Shown here: in pieces, positions 40,071 through 50,306 of the stretch
Position numbering within the stretch: position 1 is the stretch's first letter
Layout: the number at the start of each line of letters is the position of its first letter
From: Candidatus Helarchaeota archaeon
GTDB taxonomy: Archaea; Asgardarchaeota; Lokiarchaeia; Helarchaeales; RDOG01
Reading direction: 5' to 3'
Length of the DNA: 64,000 nucleotides
NCBI GenBank assembly: GCA_019058315.1
Contig: JAHPZH010000009.1
Coordinates: 96,001-160,000 of the forward strand
The notes under the pieces: generated by a model
Told to the model about the DNA's origin: nothing
The model's input: the letters and a program-made list of their open reading frames with translations, nothing else
The model's database searches: none
Made by a program: the position numbers and the translations under genes

Positions 40071-40355
40071 TTATTTTTTAAATTCCTTTTCAATTGCCTC
40101 AAAAGCTTTGATTATAGCGTTATCAGCTAATTTTTCAACAACTGAGGTGGATAAAGAGGGAATTTCAAGTTCTAAATCTATTTCTATGTTACAAATATTA
40201 TTCTCAATATTAACCTCAATTGTGCTTTCAAGAATTGTGACTTTTGATTTCTTAATTTTTGAAAAAATAAATTCTTTTATTTTAAAATCAGCAATCTCGG
40301 ATATTCTTATTATTTCTTCTTCATTTAAATTGGAAATACCAATTTCATTAATCAT
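40071..40355 (-). CDS. DUF3194-like protein
   Basis: Small acidic protein directly after prefoldin beta, as in other archaea. Confidence 0.65.
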   Translation of the reverse strand: MINEIGISNLNEEEIIRISEIADFKIKEFIFSKIKKSKVTILESTIEVNIENNICNIEIDLELEIPSLSTSVVEKLADNAIIKAFEAIEKEFKK

Positions 40356-40402
40356 TTGACATCTAATGTATTGGACTTTAAGAAAAAATAGTATATATTC
40401 AA

Positions 40403-40798
40403 CTACATTGGACCAAGATTTCCAAGATCTGATGTAGTTCCTGGTCTTTGTAAAGCACTTTGAATTTTAGTCCTAGCTTCTTCGAATTGTTTCCTTGTAC
40501 GCTCTTCTTGTCTTTGTATTGTCTTAAGTCTCATCTCTAACGTATCTTTTTTATCAATTAGTTCTTCTTTCACTTTATCTTTTTGGGATTTTACTAAAAT
40601 TGAACCAACGTTTTTATATACAACTGAATCTTCATCTAATTTTTCTAATTCTGATAAGGCTTTTTCCGCCTCTTTCATTCTAATTTCCATTTGACTTTTC
40701 TGAGCAACCAGCATTTCTAATCGTTGTTGGAGTTGCTGAAGTTGCATAATTTGATGTTGTAATTGTGGTGGTATTTCTTGCATCTCTATTTTCTCCAT
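40403..40798 (-). CDS. pfdB: Prefoldin subunit beta
   Basis: QEIPPQLQ, VYKNVGSILVK, coiled coils. Confidence 0.93.
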   Translation of the reverse strand: MEKIEMQEIPPQLQHQIMQLQQLQQRLEMLVAQKSQMEIRMKEAEKALSELEKLDEDSVVYKNVGSILVKSQKDKVKEELIDKKDTLEMRLKTIQRQEERTRKQFEEARTKIQSALQRPGTTSDLGNLGPM

Positions 40799-41019
40799 TT
40801 GGTATTTATTTTTATTTCCTCATTTCTTTTATCATTCAAGAGGAATTTTGTAAAAATATAGACTTAATAATAAGATAATATTTTTCTTTATTAAATTTAT
40901 TTTAAATTAGATTATTACTTTTTAAATTAAAGAGAATATCTTGACGCAATATTCACCATTTAAGAGAAATTTTTCCTATTTTATCAGAATATATAATTTT
41001 TTAAAATTTAAAAAAGGAG

Positions 41020-41271
41020 TTATTTTGTTATTTCGACAATACCTTCAATAATTTTAATCCAATTAATGTATGAATTTAGGGTTGCACGAAACGCTGTTGT
41101 ATCTTTTGCATCAATTGAAATTTTTAATTTATTACCCATTAACATTAATTTTGTACTAGATCTATAACTAAACGACTCATCACTTTCAGGATTAAGGGAG
41201 TTAAAGTATATTTGGGCAATTTTTTCATTAAAAAAATCGAAAATAATTTCACTACAAATTTTTTTTACCAA
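41020..41271 (-). CDS. pcc1: KEOPS complex subunit Pcc1
   Basis: SLNPE, IDAKDTTAFRATLNSYINW. Confidence 0.88.
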   Translation of the reverse strand: MVKKICSEIIFDFFNEKIAQIYFNSLNPESDESFSYRSSTKLMLMGNKLKISIDAKDTTAFRATLNSYINWIKIIEGIVEITK

Positions 41272-41291
41272 CTTTTCACCGTAGAGTCTTA

Positions 41292-41570
41292 TTAAACTTG
41301 AGATCTAACACGTTTAATTGTTCTAAAAGCCTTTTTTCCTTCATCAGTCATAGGTATCCAAGCTCCACCAGAAAAAACTATTTTACATTTTTTACAACGC
41401 CAGATTCCTATTGATATCCGCTTCACGGATTTTGTTCTACATTGAGGACATTTATGAGGTGCTTTCATCCTTTCTTCGACTTTTTTTACTCTTTTCCGAA
41501 CAATAGCACCATATCTTGGACCAAATCTTCCTGTAATTCCGACTTTTTTCGTTCTTCCCAATTTTATCAC
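41292..41570 (-). CDS. rpl37ae: 50S ribosomal protein L37ae (eL43)
   Basis: TKKVGITGRFGPRYG, CPQC, GIWRCKKC, GGAW. Confidence 0.96.
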   Translation of the reverse strand: MIKLGRTKKVGITGRFGPRYGAIVRKRVKKVEERMKAPHKCPQCRTKSVKRISIGIWRCKKCKIVFSGGAWIPMTDEGKKAFRTIKRVRSQV

Positions 41571-41606
41571 TTATTGAATTTGAAGGAAATTTTCACTTAA
41601 TTAATT

Positions 41607-42419
41607 TTAGGGTAGGTATTGAAATAATTCTTTCGATTTTTCTAATGTAATCTCAACACATTTTATAATTTCGTCTTTAGTAAAAATACCTTCTCTACCT
41701 TTTTGTATGCTACAAATATTTCCAGATTCATCTACTGTAATTGTAATGCGTGCATCCATTATGCGATCCTCTTGTTCATTTGGATCAACCAGCAATTTAT
41801 CTCCTATCTTTGCTATTGTAACTGAAACTGCTTTATTGGAAAATGGGAGGGATAACCAATCTGCTTTTTTGTATTGTTCACCTAAAACTTCCACTTTATT
41901 ATCAACAATCTCAGTCCTTGGCATTTTTGCAGAAAGTAAAGCTGCCACTCCTGCTAATGTTCCCGCATCAAACATATTTCCATCATAAGATAAAACATAT
42001 AAATCAATAAAAATGATAAAAACTTGTTCGCCAGGAATTAAGCATAATTTAGAATAATCTACTATTTCTGAATGACGAATTCCTCTGTCAACTACACGTG
42101 CAACCTCAACAGAATCTTCATTTGGTGGTCCTGGTTCGAATATAGGGGATGCAAGAGCTGTAAGCTCGGCATTAACAGTGATTACTCCCCTATCAGGAGT
42201 ATCTGGAAATGGAGGTCCAAGTGAAATCTTTACACCTGCAATAATATCTGTATTTCCAATTTTAACACGTGCTGACCCCTCAGCTTTTAGTATTACATCT
42301 GTCTCTACAGATATTTTTCGATAATCTAAAAAATTCCTTCCGTCTATTCTCTGATCCTTTTTTACTAGAGAATTTATATGAGATTTTTCAATTTCAGAAA
42401 TAATTTTAAAAGATTCCAT
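41607..42419 (-). CDS. rrp42: Exosome complex subunit Rrp42
   Basis: RIDGR, AEGSARVKIG, PFPDTP, FEPGPP, ARVVDRGIR, DGNMFD. Confidence 0.96.
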   Translation of the reverse strand: MESFKIISEIEKSHINSLVKKDQRIDGRNFLDYRKISVETDVILKAEGSARVKIGNTDIIAGVKISLGPPFPDTPDRGVITVNAELTALASPIFEPGPPNEDSVEVARVVDRGIRHSEIVDYSKLCLIPGEQVFIIFIDLYVLSYDGNMFDAGTLAGVAALLSAKMPRTEIVDNKVEVLGEQYKKADWLSLPFSNKAVSVTIAKIGDKLLVDPNEQEDRIMDARITITVDESGNICSIQKGREGIFTKDEIIKCVEITLEKSKELFQYLP

Positions 42420-43233
42420 TATATATCCTCCTCCTTTGATATTTCAGTTTCAATTTCTTTATCAAGTTGACTATATTTTCCCTTTATCGTCTGAATTTGA
42501 ATTTCATTTAATTTTTCAATTCCTTTTTCAGCAATATCCAAGGCTTTACGCATTTCATCAAATGTTATTTGACCATCAAATTGCAAAAGTGTATATGATT
42601 TAGATCGTGGCATCATTGCAATTGGTAAATCTCCCAAACCTTCTTTATCTTCAACATCCGATAAATCTAGAACTAATGTGGGTGGATCAGGATTTGCAAT
42701 TTTACCTACTGCTACACCACAAACAAGGTCGCGTAATGATATTCCAGCATCCGCTAGAGCTAAAGAAGCCGCAGTAACCGCAGCACAACGTGTACCACCA
42801 TCTGCACAAAGGACTTGGATAAAAACATCTATTATAGTTTTTGGATAATATTCAAGAAATATTGATGATTCCAAAGCTTGTCGTAAAATTAGCGAAAGTT
42901 CGACTTCCCTTCTAGATGGGGCAGGAGATTTTCTCTCATCTACTTTATTCCAAATTATTCACTCGGTATAATTTAAGCGAACGTAGCCATGCGATAAAGT
43001 ACTCGCAAAACTGCCGCATCTTGACGGGCTAAATGACGAGGGTGAACTTCACGTGGTCCATAAACTGCGACCAAAATTTTATTCTTTCCCATATTTATTA
43101 AAGCAGAACCATCTGCTTTTGTTAATAATCCCATCTCCATTGAGACTGGTCTTAATTCATCATATTTCCTATTATCTGTTCTTATTCCATCCCTAATTAA
43201 CCAATCAGCTGGGACTTGTTTAAAAAGTGCCAT
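42419..43233 (-). CDS. rrp41: Exosome complex subunit Rrp41, two exons (43233-42977 and 42944-42419), about 260 aa after splicing
   Basis: Exon 1 ADGSA...VYGPRE...YRMATF; exon 2 VDERKSPAPSRREVELS...ADGGTRCA...ED..G.GD; removing 42945-42976 joins them in frame. Confidence 0.92.
42945..42976 (-). other. 32-nt bulge-helix-bulge intron in rrp41 mRNA
   Basis: Exon stem CTAC/GTAG, central helix GTTC/GAAT, bulges GC|T and AA|A, intron stem TAAATTAT/ATAATTTG. Confidence 0.88.
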
Positions 43234-43288
43234 AATTATCACCTTTTTATATATTTTTTTAATTCATATCTAAATTTCGATTTTCAAT

Positions 43289-43993
43289 TTACTTCTTCTT
43301 TTTTTCATTCTCTATCAAAATTTTTACTCTATCTGTGAGGCCAGAAGTATGTGCCTCTCGTTCAATTTTCTTAATAATTTTAATCAATAATTGTTCATCT
43401 TCTAAGTTTTTTGTAGATATCCAAACCAAACCATTTTGTCCAACTACGATTTGGCTTTTTGTTGCTTCTTTAATTAAATTTATCATAGAACCCTTTCTTC
43501 CTATCAATCTAGGTATTTTCGCAGAAGCAATTTTTATTACTTTTCCTCCGCGCAATTTACCATATCCTTTACCTCTTATTGATAGAACAGGATCTCTTGT
43601 TCTGTTAAATGCTATTATCTCCCCCACAATAATTTGTCCGATATCAAAATAATTTTTGATATTATCTTTTAAAGGATTAAATGCTCGGTCTATTACATTT
43701 GTAACATGTAAGGAAGCTGTATATGGAGAATCAATATCAACTTTCCAGCTAACGATGGATGTATTTATAATTTTTCCTATAACAACATCACCGACCTTAG
43801 GTACATAAGGTCCACTGAAGGGAACTACATATACATTATTATTTCCTCTAATCTCTGAAAACCCAATAATAGATGCATAAAGTTTATCCTCTTCCTTGTA
43901 TGTTCCAAATCCTGCTCTATACTTAGAACCTTCTACAATTAATTCGCCTGGCACTACAATACGATGCCGTTCAAAACTATCTCCATTTGACAA
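43289..43993 (-). CDS. rrp4: Exosome RNA-binding subunit Rrp4
   Basis: IVVPGE, YVPKVGDVVIG (S1), IPRLIGRKGSM (KH), EAHTSGLTDRV. Confidence 0.96.
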   Translation of the reverse strand: MSNGDSFERHRIVVPGELIVEGSKYRAGFGTYKEEDKLYASIIGFSEIRGNNNVYVVPFSGPYVPKVGDVVIGKIINTSIVSWKVDIDSPYTASLHVTNVIDRAFNPLKDNIKNYFDIGQIIVGEIIAFNRTRDPVLSIRGKGYGKLRGGKVIKIASAKIPRLIGRKGSMINLIKEATKSQIVVGQNGLVWISTKNLEDEQLLIKIIKKIEREAHTSGLTDRVKILIENEKKKK

Positions 43994-44021
43994 AAAAAGT
44001 CCTCCTTTATTTTTAAAACTG

Positions 44022-44756
44022 TTAAAAGAGTGTTTCCTTTAATTTCTTAATATCATGTTTACCTTTTGTTAAATTTTTAAGTTGGTCATTTAATTCAGCA
44101 TGGACACCAACAGGAAGGTCAATTAATGCTATCCATGATCCATCAGATTGCCATTCATCTTTAGAAATTGTACCATACTTTGAAACAATGCCATAAGCTT
44201 TTCCTGTATATTGAGCTGGAATTTTTACAGCAAGAGTAATTCGTTCCATTTTAATAGGGATAATTTCTGCTAATTTCTTCACAATTTTCTTTGCTTGCTC
44301 AACAATTTCCTCATTGGAATCTATAGATATTTTTGCATCTTCCATTGCACGTTCAATGCGAGCTGGTGGATGTGGAAGCCCAGTTTTGGGATTTACACAA
44401 TTACGATTGATAAAATAAATAATTTTTTTTCTAATTTTCTCCGTAAATTCTTTTCTCATTTCAGCTGTAATGTGCAGTTCTCCATTTTTTAAAATCTCTT
44501 CTGAAATTTCAAAAATGTCATCAGTTTCAAATATTTTCTGAAATAACTCCGAATCTGTCAATTTTTCACCGCGTAAAGCGTCTGAAAAAATGTAATATCC
44601 AATTAAAATATCACGTATTTCAATATCCTTTCCTTCTTTGAATTGCCAAGCTAGCTTCGGATCTACTAAGATCTCAAAATGATGTCCCATACTATCATAA
44701 CGAACTATGGTTGCTTTTCCAAGATCTAGTCTTTTCTGTCCCCTTATAGAAACCAT
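44022..44756 (-). CDS. Ribosome maturation factor SBDS/Sdo1
   Basis: HFEILVDP, IFSDA, NPKTGLPHPPARIERAM. Confidence 0.94.
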   Translation of the reverse strand: MVSIRGQKRLDLGKATIVRYDSMGHHFEILVDPKLAWQFKEGKDIEIRDILIGYYIFSDALRGEKLTDSELFQKIFETDDIFEISEEILKNGELHITAEMRKEFTEKIRKKIIYFINRNCVNPKTGLPHPPARIERAMEDAKISIDSNEEIVEQAKKIVKKLAEIIPIKMERITLAVKIPAQYTGKAYGIVSKYGTISKDEWQSDGSWIALIDLPVGVHAELNDQLKNLTKGKHDIKKLKETLF

Positions 44757-44773
44757 ATTTATCTGATCTACTT

Positions 44774-45487
44774 CTAAATCCTTTGTATATATTTATCCAA
44801 TTCCTCGGTAGCTAATCTTTCGAATTCCTTAGTTTCAGTACGTGCTATTGCCACTTCTACCTTAGTTGAATCAAGTTCAGTTTCGATTACTTGTTTTAAT
44901 GCTTTAAGAGCTAACTCAATTGCTTGATCTAATGTCATTTCAGGCTTATATTCTTTTTCGAGTTCTTCTTGTACTGTCTGAGCACCAGAGCCAATAGCAT
45001 TGGCACGATAGCCCCAAAATGCCCCTGATGGATCAGTTAAAAATAATTGAGGCCCTTTTTCATCAATTCCAGCAATTAATAGACTTACACCGAAAGGGCG
45101 AACTCCTGCATGTTGCGTATATAATTGTTTTAGATCACATATCTTTTTTGTTAGCATTTGAATATCAATTGACTCATCATAAGTGAGTTTATTTATTTGA
45201 CATTGAATTCTAGCATGATCTACTAGAACTCTTGCATCAGCTGTCAAACCAGCTATAGCACAGCCAACATGATTATCAATTTTAAAAATCTTTTCTACAC
45301 TTTCAGGTTCCTGAAGTGCAAGAATTCTTTTTTCTACTGTACAAACAACACCTTCAGAACATAAAATGCCAATTGCAGTAGTACCCTTTCTAACTGCTTC
45401 CATGGCATATTCTACTTGAAAGAGTCTTCCATCTGGACTAAAGATCGTGATTGCACGGTCATAGCCCATACCTGGTGGCGCGAACAT
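44774..45487 (-). CDS. psmA: Proteasome subunit alpha
   Basis: GYDRAITIFSPDGRLFQVEYA, RPFGVSLL; start placed at ATG 45487. Confidence 0.97.
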   Translation of the reverse strand: MFAPPGMGYDRAITIFSPDGRLFQVEYAMEAVRKGTTAIGILCSEGVVCTVEKRILALQEPESVEKIFKIDNHVGCAIAGLTADARVLVDHARIQCQINKLTYDESIDIQMLTKKICDLKQLYTQHAGVRPFGVSLLIAGIDEKGPQLFLTDPSGAFWGYRANAIGSGAQTVQEELEKEYKPEMTLDQAIELALKALKQVIETELDSTKVEVAIARTETKEFERLATEELDKYIQRI

Positions 45488-45852
45488 AATGCATAAACAC
45501 CTACCTTTTCTTAAATTAACCAATTCTTTATTTCAAAGTTAAATATATTTTCATAAGAAATTATAGTTTATTTTTTTTACTCTTTTGTATAAATTTATTT
45601 CTTTTATTTACACAAGATTTTCTTATACAAAAATGTTTTTTTCCTTTATTTATATTCATAATTGTTATTTTAAAAAAAAATAAATTTTTTTTCCTTAAAT
45701 TTTTTGGTGAATTTATTAAAAAAGAATTAAAATTTCTTTAATTAAATATAACCGAACTAAATTTCAACATAGAACCGTTTAAAAAACACATATACTTAAA
45801 ATTCTAACGATTTTTTAAATAAATTTTGATTTAAAACCTTCTATCATAGATT

Positions 45853-46362
45853 TTAACTTTGTACAGCGTATAAATATAGAATAGTTATTATACAACCCAA
45901 AATTGTAAAAACACTCATAACAGCAGAACCTGAAGCAAATGCATAAATCAAGGTTAATAAACCAGTTCCAATAATAAAGATAATCATTGATAATAAACCA
46001 GCTGTATGCCTTCTGTATTCTAACAAATTAGCAAATCCTATGAATATGAATGCGAAAAATAGTGATAACAGAAAAGCAGTAAAAATATCAGCTAATGTAA
46101 TAATTCCCAATTTCACTGACCATAAACTTCTGATAAAAATAAGAATACCGTCACTACCAAAAAAATACTCACCAAAGGGATTTTTAAACGGATTCTGAAA
46201 TTCCAAAGTCATTGGGATATAAATAATGAAATAAATAAGAAGAATAACTAAGGATATAAAAAGACATAGATAAAACGAAAAAAGCATTTTTTGTCGGATT
46301 TCGGCTCTTCTTAATCTTTCTTTTTTAGTTATAACTCTTTTTGACATTAAAAAAAAATCCAA
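45853..46362 (-). CDS. Hypothetical membrane protein (about 4 TM)
   Basis: Several hydrophobic segments. Confidence 0.65.
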   Translation of the reverse strand: MDFFLMSKRVITKKERLRRAEIRQKMLFSFYLCLFISLVILLIYFIIYIPMTLEFQNPFKNPFGEYFFGSDGILIFIRSLWSVKLGIITLADIFTAFLLSLFFAFIFIGFANLLEYRRHTAGLLSMIIFIIGTGLLTLIYAFASGSAVMSVFTILGCIITILYLYAVQS

Positions 46363-46430
46363 TAATACTTTTTTTTAAATAGGAAGTAAATAAATAATAA
46401 AAATTTGGTAAAGATATTTATTTTTAATCG

Positions 46431-46877
46431 GTGAAAATGTCTTCTGAAATCCACGTAATTACAATTAGAGATTCTGATTTAGACAAATTAGTAGAATTTA
46501 CAAAAAAAACTTACCCATACGAGTCATGTGCATTATTTATAGGGAATATAAATGGTCATAAAGCAACAGTAGACGAAATTTTATTTGCTGAAAATATTGA
46601 TTACTCTCATGTTAGCTTTTCAATTAACCCTGAATTTCTATATCAAGTTTATATGAAAGCAGAAAAAGAAAATAAGGTGATTACAGGTATATTTCATTCC
46701 CATCCGACTGTCTCTGCTCCTTCGTCAGTTGATTTGAAATATATGGAATATAATCCAGTAGCATGGATTATTTTAGGTGTTTTGGATGAAACTAATATAA
46801 AAAAGGAAGATATGCGAGCTTATCAATACTGGGAAAATTCAATAAAAGAAGTAAAAATAGAAATTATGAACATTTGA
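46431..46877 (+). CDS. JAB/MPN+ (JAMM) metalloprotease
   Basis: PYESCAL, GIFHSHP...PSSVD. Confidence 0.9.
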   Translation: MKMSSEIHVITIRDSDLDKLVEFTKKTYPYESCALFIGNINGHKATVDEILFAENIDYSHVSFSINPEFLYQVYMKAEKENKVITGIFHSHPTVSAPSSVDLKYMEYNPVAWIILGVLDETNIKKEDMRAYQYWENSIKEVKIEIMNI

Positions 46878-47002
46878 ATTAGGTATATAATTTATTGAAA
46901 TATTAGTGCTTAATTTACATTTTTGCTTTAAAACAAAAATATATTAACAATAAATCAACATTAAAGAATAGTATTTTAAAAAGTATAAGAAAGTGAAATT
47001 GA

Positions 47003-47710
47003 ATGGGTAACACTGAACTCTTAGTAGTATTATATATGTTATTGACTCGACCAAGGGGTTTTCCATTATTCGATTACTTTGCTGATAATGCAGCTGGGAT
47101 GTTAGCATTAGGAGGTCTCTTTGCTGGATTTTGGTTTATTGATTGGATAATTAGGCACCCCGAAGCTGAGGAAGAAAGACCTGCATATTTAGTAGCTATT
47201 GATATCATCGGGTTTTTTATTGGAATCATCTGTTTAGGCAGTGGGATCACTTTATTGTTGAATGGACAAGATCCAATAACTGAAGCTATCGGTGGATTTA
47301 TAGGGGGTAAACATGATATTTTTACGAAGGGTCTGATTATAGCAGTCGGTTTATGTTTATTCTTAAAACCAATTAAAGATATTCCTTGGGCAAGTTTGAT
47401 TGCAATGATCGCTGGCGCTGTAGTTGTTTTTCTTGCAATAACTTATCTTGAAACTACCTTTACACAGCTTGCTGGACTTTTAGGTATTGATGTAAAACTT
47501 CTTTATGGTATCATTTTCGTATTAGTATATGGTATTATATTCAGTATGTTCGGTTTAGCTCAATATATTCTACGTATAGTAGCTACAATATTAAGTTCAA
47601 GACCAGGTTCATTTGTTTTATTTGTATTATGCATGATTCAAGCATTATTGATTATCTTGCCACCCCATCCAGACGCTTATAGTCTTGCTCCACTCTTTGG
47701 ATTAACCTAA
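47003..47710 (+). CDS. Hypothetical polytopic membrane protein
   Basis: 6-7 hydrophobic segments. Confidence 0.7.
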   Translation: MGNTELLVVLYMLLTRPRGFPLFDYFADNAAGMLALGGLFAGFWFIDWIIRHPEAEEERPAYLVAIDIIGFFIGIICLGSGITLLLNGQDPITEAIGGFIGGKHDIFTKGLIIAVGLCLFLKPIKDIPWASLIAMIAGAVVVFLAITYLETTFTQLAGLLGIDVKLLYGIIFVLVYGIIFSMFGLAQYILRIVATILSSRPGSFVLFVLCMIQALLIILPPHPDAYSLAPLFGLT

Positions 47711-48352
47711 TCTACCTTTTAATTTTATTTTTGTTAAATACTGATAAGTCAGTGTTTGGCTAGGTGATTTTAAAAAAAGAAAAAGATCTTTAGGTAAATC
47801 AATATCTAATCCAAAATTTTTAGAATTATGTATTATTAAATTGTGATTTTTTACATTACGAGCTTTCTCAATATGTTTTTGAAAACTATTTTCACCATAT
47901 TCAATTTTAATTATGTCAGAAGGCATTAGAAATAAAAGATTAGTACCATTCTTTCTTAAAGATGGAGATATTATAATTGTAGGTGGGTTGATTTCATAAT
48001 TAAATATCTCATCAATATCGTTTGAGGTTATAAGTGGAATATCTCCAGGAATTATTAAAACTGAATTTGCATTTTTTTTGATTGCAAATTCTATAGCAGA
48101 ATTTATTGATTCATTTATATTTGTTTCCATTTGCTCGCTTATTATATCTCCAAATTGAGAACCAATATCTAATATCATTGGATCAGAAGAGATTGTAACA
48201 ATTTTATTGGTTTTTTGAGTTGCACTTGCTGCCTGTATTACATCTTTAAACATATTGATACATAGTTTTTTTCTCTGTTCAGAGTTTAAAATGGAATTTA
48301 GTCTTAACTTTGCGAATTCTAGAGATTTAACCGGGATAATTATAAAATTCAT
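47702..48352 (-). CDS. cofC: 2-phospho-L-lactate guanylyltransferase (F420 biosynthesis)
   Basis: IIPVK...AKLRL, PGDIPL, GTNLL, YGENSF..H, DIDLPKDL. Confidence 0.9.
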   Translation of the reverse strand: MNFIIIPVKSLEFAKLRLNSILNSEQRKKLCINMFKDVIQAASATQKTNKIVTISSDPMILDIGSQFGDIISEQMETNINESINSAIEFAIKKNANSVLIIPGDIPLITSNDIDEIFNYEINPPTIIISPSLRKNGTNLLFLMPSDIIKIEYGENSFQKHIEKARNVKNHNLIIHNSKNFGLDIDLPKDLFLFLKSPSQTLTYQYLTKIKLKGRLG

Positions 48353-49303
48353 TCATCCCACATTTAATTTCATCGCATCTAATGTAATTTGTGCTAAGTT
48401 TTTCTTAATTTCTAAATTCTTCATTAAAGTATTAGTAATTATTACTTTAATTCCTAATTTTTCAATTTCACTTTTTCTATCTTTATCAATTTCATCAATA
48501 ACAAATGTCTTAATCAAGTTTTTATAGAATTTTGCTACGCCAAAACAAGAAACTTCCATTCCTAAACCCTTCATGAGCCTATCAAGAGGTCCTTTTACTG
48601 GTTTATTTCCTATTATTGGACTTATTCCAATAATTGGTTTATCAATTTGTTCTAAAGCCAATTTAATTTCCTTAATGGATAAAATAGTATTTATACTCAC
48701 AAGTGGATTACTAGGACCTATTAATATCCCTTCAGCATTCTTAATTATATCCAATATCCCATTTGTAGGTTTAGCATCTTCAGCTCCCTCATAAATAATT
48801 TCTAAAACTTTATCTTGTGCTTTTCTCTCAATCATATATTCTTCAAAATGAATAATACCATCTGGAGTTCTAATTTTGGTCATGACCTTTTGATTAGTCA
48901 TTGGAATTAAATTTACTTCAACTCCAAGATGTTGACATAATTTTTTAGTAATTTCAGAAAGTTTTAACCCCGATTTTAATAAATTAGTTCTATAAATATG
49001 CGTTGCTAAATCTTTATCTCCCAGTTTAAACCATGTATCTTGTTTATACCTACTTAGCATTTCTAGGCAATTTGTAGTATCATTATCTATTCCCCAACCT
49101 TGCATTTTATCTACAATTCCAGAAAGAGTATACATAATTATATCTAAATCTGGTGAGATTGAAAGACCATATAGCTCAAAGTCATCAGCTGTATTTACTA
49201 TAACGTATAAATCTTTTGGGTTCACTATTTGAACCAATCCTTGGAGAAATCTTGCCGCACCTACTCCACCGGCTAAAACTACAATCAAACAGATTGCCCC
49301 CAT
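48353..49303 (-). CDS. cofD: 2-phospho-L-lactate transferase
   Basis: LAGGVGAARF, ISPDLD, WFKLGDKDLATH, GPSNPLVSI. Confidence 0.94.
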   Translation of the reverse strand: MGAICLIVVLAGGVGAARFLQGLVQIVNPKDLYVIVNTADDFELYGLSISPDLDIIMYTLSGIVDKMQGWGIDNDTTNCLEMLSRYKQDTWFKLGDKDLATHIYRTNLLKSGLKLSEITKKLCQHLGVEVNLIPMTNQKVMTKIRTPDGIIHFEEYMIERKAQDKVLEIIYEGAEDAKPTNGILDIIKNAEGILIGPSNPLVSINTILSIKEIKLALEQIDKPIIGISPIIGNKPVKGPLDRLMKGLGMEVSCFGVAKFYKNLIKTFVIDEIDKDRKSEIEKLGIKVIITNTLMKNLEIKKNLAQITLDAMKLNVG

Positions 49304-49902
49304 TTATTTTTAAAAGTAATTTTTTTAATTTCTATCCTTGAAGGCGGTGAAGGGGTTTCATCTGGATAACCAACTGTTATAAAAGCTTGAGGATCATGGT
49401 CTTTAGGTATACCCAATACTTTACGAACTATATCCTGACAAAATAATGGAGCACAATACCAACAGCACCCAAAACCATTTGTATAACTGACTAAGAGAAA
49501 ATTTTGTATTGCTGCACTTACACTTTGGATTGCCATAATATATTCTGCATTTTGTCTTTTTTTATCAGGATATTTATGCATTCTTTCCATTGATAGACAT
49601 GGGATTAAGATAATTGGTGCTGCTGTAAATTTTCTGATTGATTCTTCAATAATATCTTTTCTAGATGGCTCTGCAATTTGATCTTTTTCTAGATCGTTCT
49701 CATATTCTTCTGCCATTTTTTTAACTAATTCAGATTTTACTTGAGGATCTTCGATAATTAAAAAATAATATGGCATTGCATTATGTGCTGAAGGTGCCCA
49801 AATAGAAAATTCTAGAATTTCTACTATTTTAGAAATATCAATTGGGTTTTTTTTATATTTTCTAATACTTCTTCTTAATTTTATTACATCTTTTATATCC
49901 AA
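49285..49902 (-). CDS. Nitroreductase family protein (FbiB C-terminal-like)
   Basis: RRSIRKY, WAPSAHN, AAIQNFLL, CWYCAPLF, GYP; start placed at TTG 49902. Confidence 0.85.
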   Translation of the reverse strand: MDIKDVIKLRRSIRKYKKNPIDISKIVEILEFSIWAPSAHNAMPYYFLIIEDPQVKSELVKKMAEEYENDLEKDQIAEPSRKDIIEESIRKFTAAPIILIPCLSMERMHKYPDKKRQNAEYIMAIQSVSAAIQNFLLVSYTNGFGCCWYCAPLFCQDIVRKVLGIPKDHDPQAFITVGYPDETPSPPSRIEIKKITFKNKWGQSV

Positions 49903-50080
49903 TATTAAAAACCCCAATAGTAAAAGGTCATTAAACTTGAATAAAAAAAAATTTTTAAAAATATTTAACGTCAAAAATCCAAATTTTCAATAATCTGATT
50001 TAAAAAATGAGTAAAAAAGCATATTTTATTATTTAATTCCCCTATTTTATTAAATTTAAATCAATTTAGATCAAAATTAG

Positions 50081-50149
50081 GGATCAAATCGTCGCAGAGC
50101 TCATCATCAGTGTTGGATTTTTTCAGCTTGGGGCGACGATATCATTTCC
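50081..50149 (-). ncRNA. Candidate box C/D guide sRNA (D' guide complementary to the 23S rRNA P-loop, Gm2251 equivalent)
   Basis: GC-rich island in AT-rich intergenic DNA: GGA-A-ATGATAT(C)...CTGA(D')...ATGATGA(C')...TTGA(D)-TCC; guide GTCGCCCCA. Confidence 0.55.
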
Positions 50150-50306
50150 GAGTTATATTTTATTATCTTTAAATTTAAAAATTACGTAATTACGCGCTAT
50201 AAATAAAAAAACTCTGAAATGCAAAAAAAGAATTTTGCAAAAAACATTTAAAATCATATTAATTGGGAAATATAAATTAAAAATGAAAAGTCCAGAGGTA
50301 AGTTTT

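Noticed and set aside
42419-43242. rrp41 as a pseudogene or two separate ORFs
   Set aside because: A single 32-nt insert with full BHB structure explains the break, there are no other lesions, and the gene is core to an intact operon.
50081-50149. SECIS element
   Set aside because: Spacing from AA to the 3' GA is too long, and there is no upstream UGA-containing gene on that strand.
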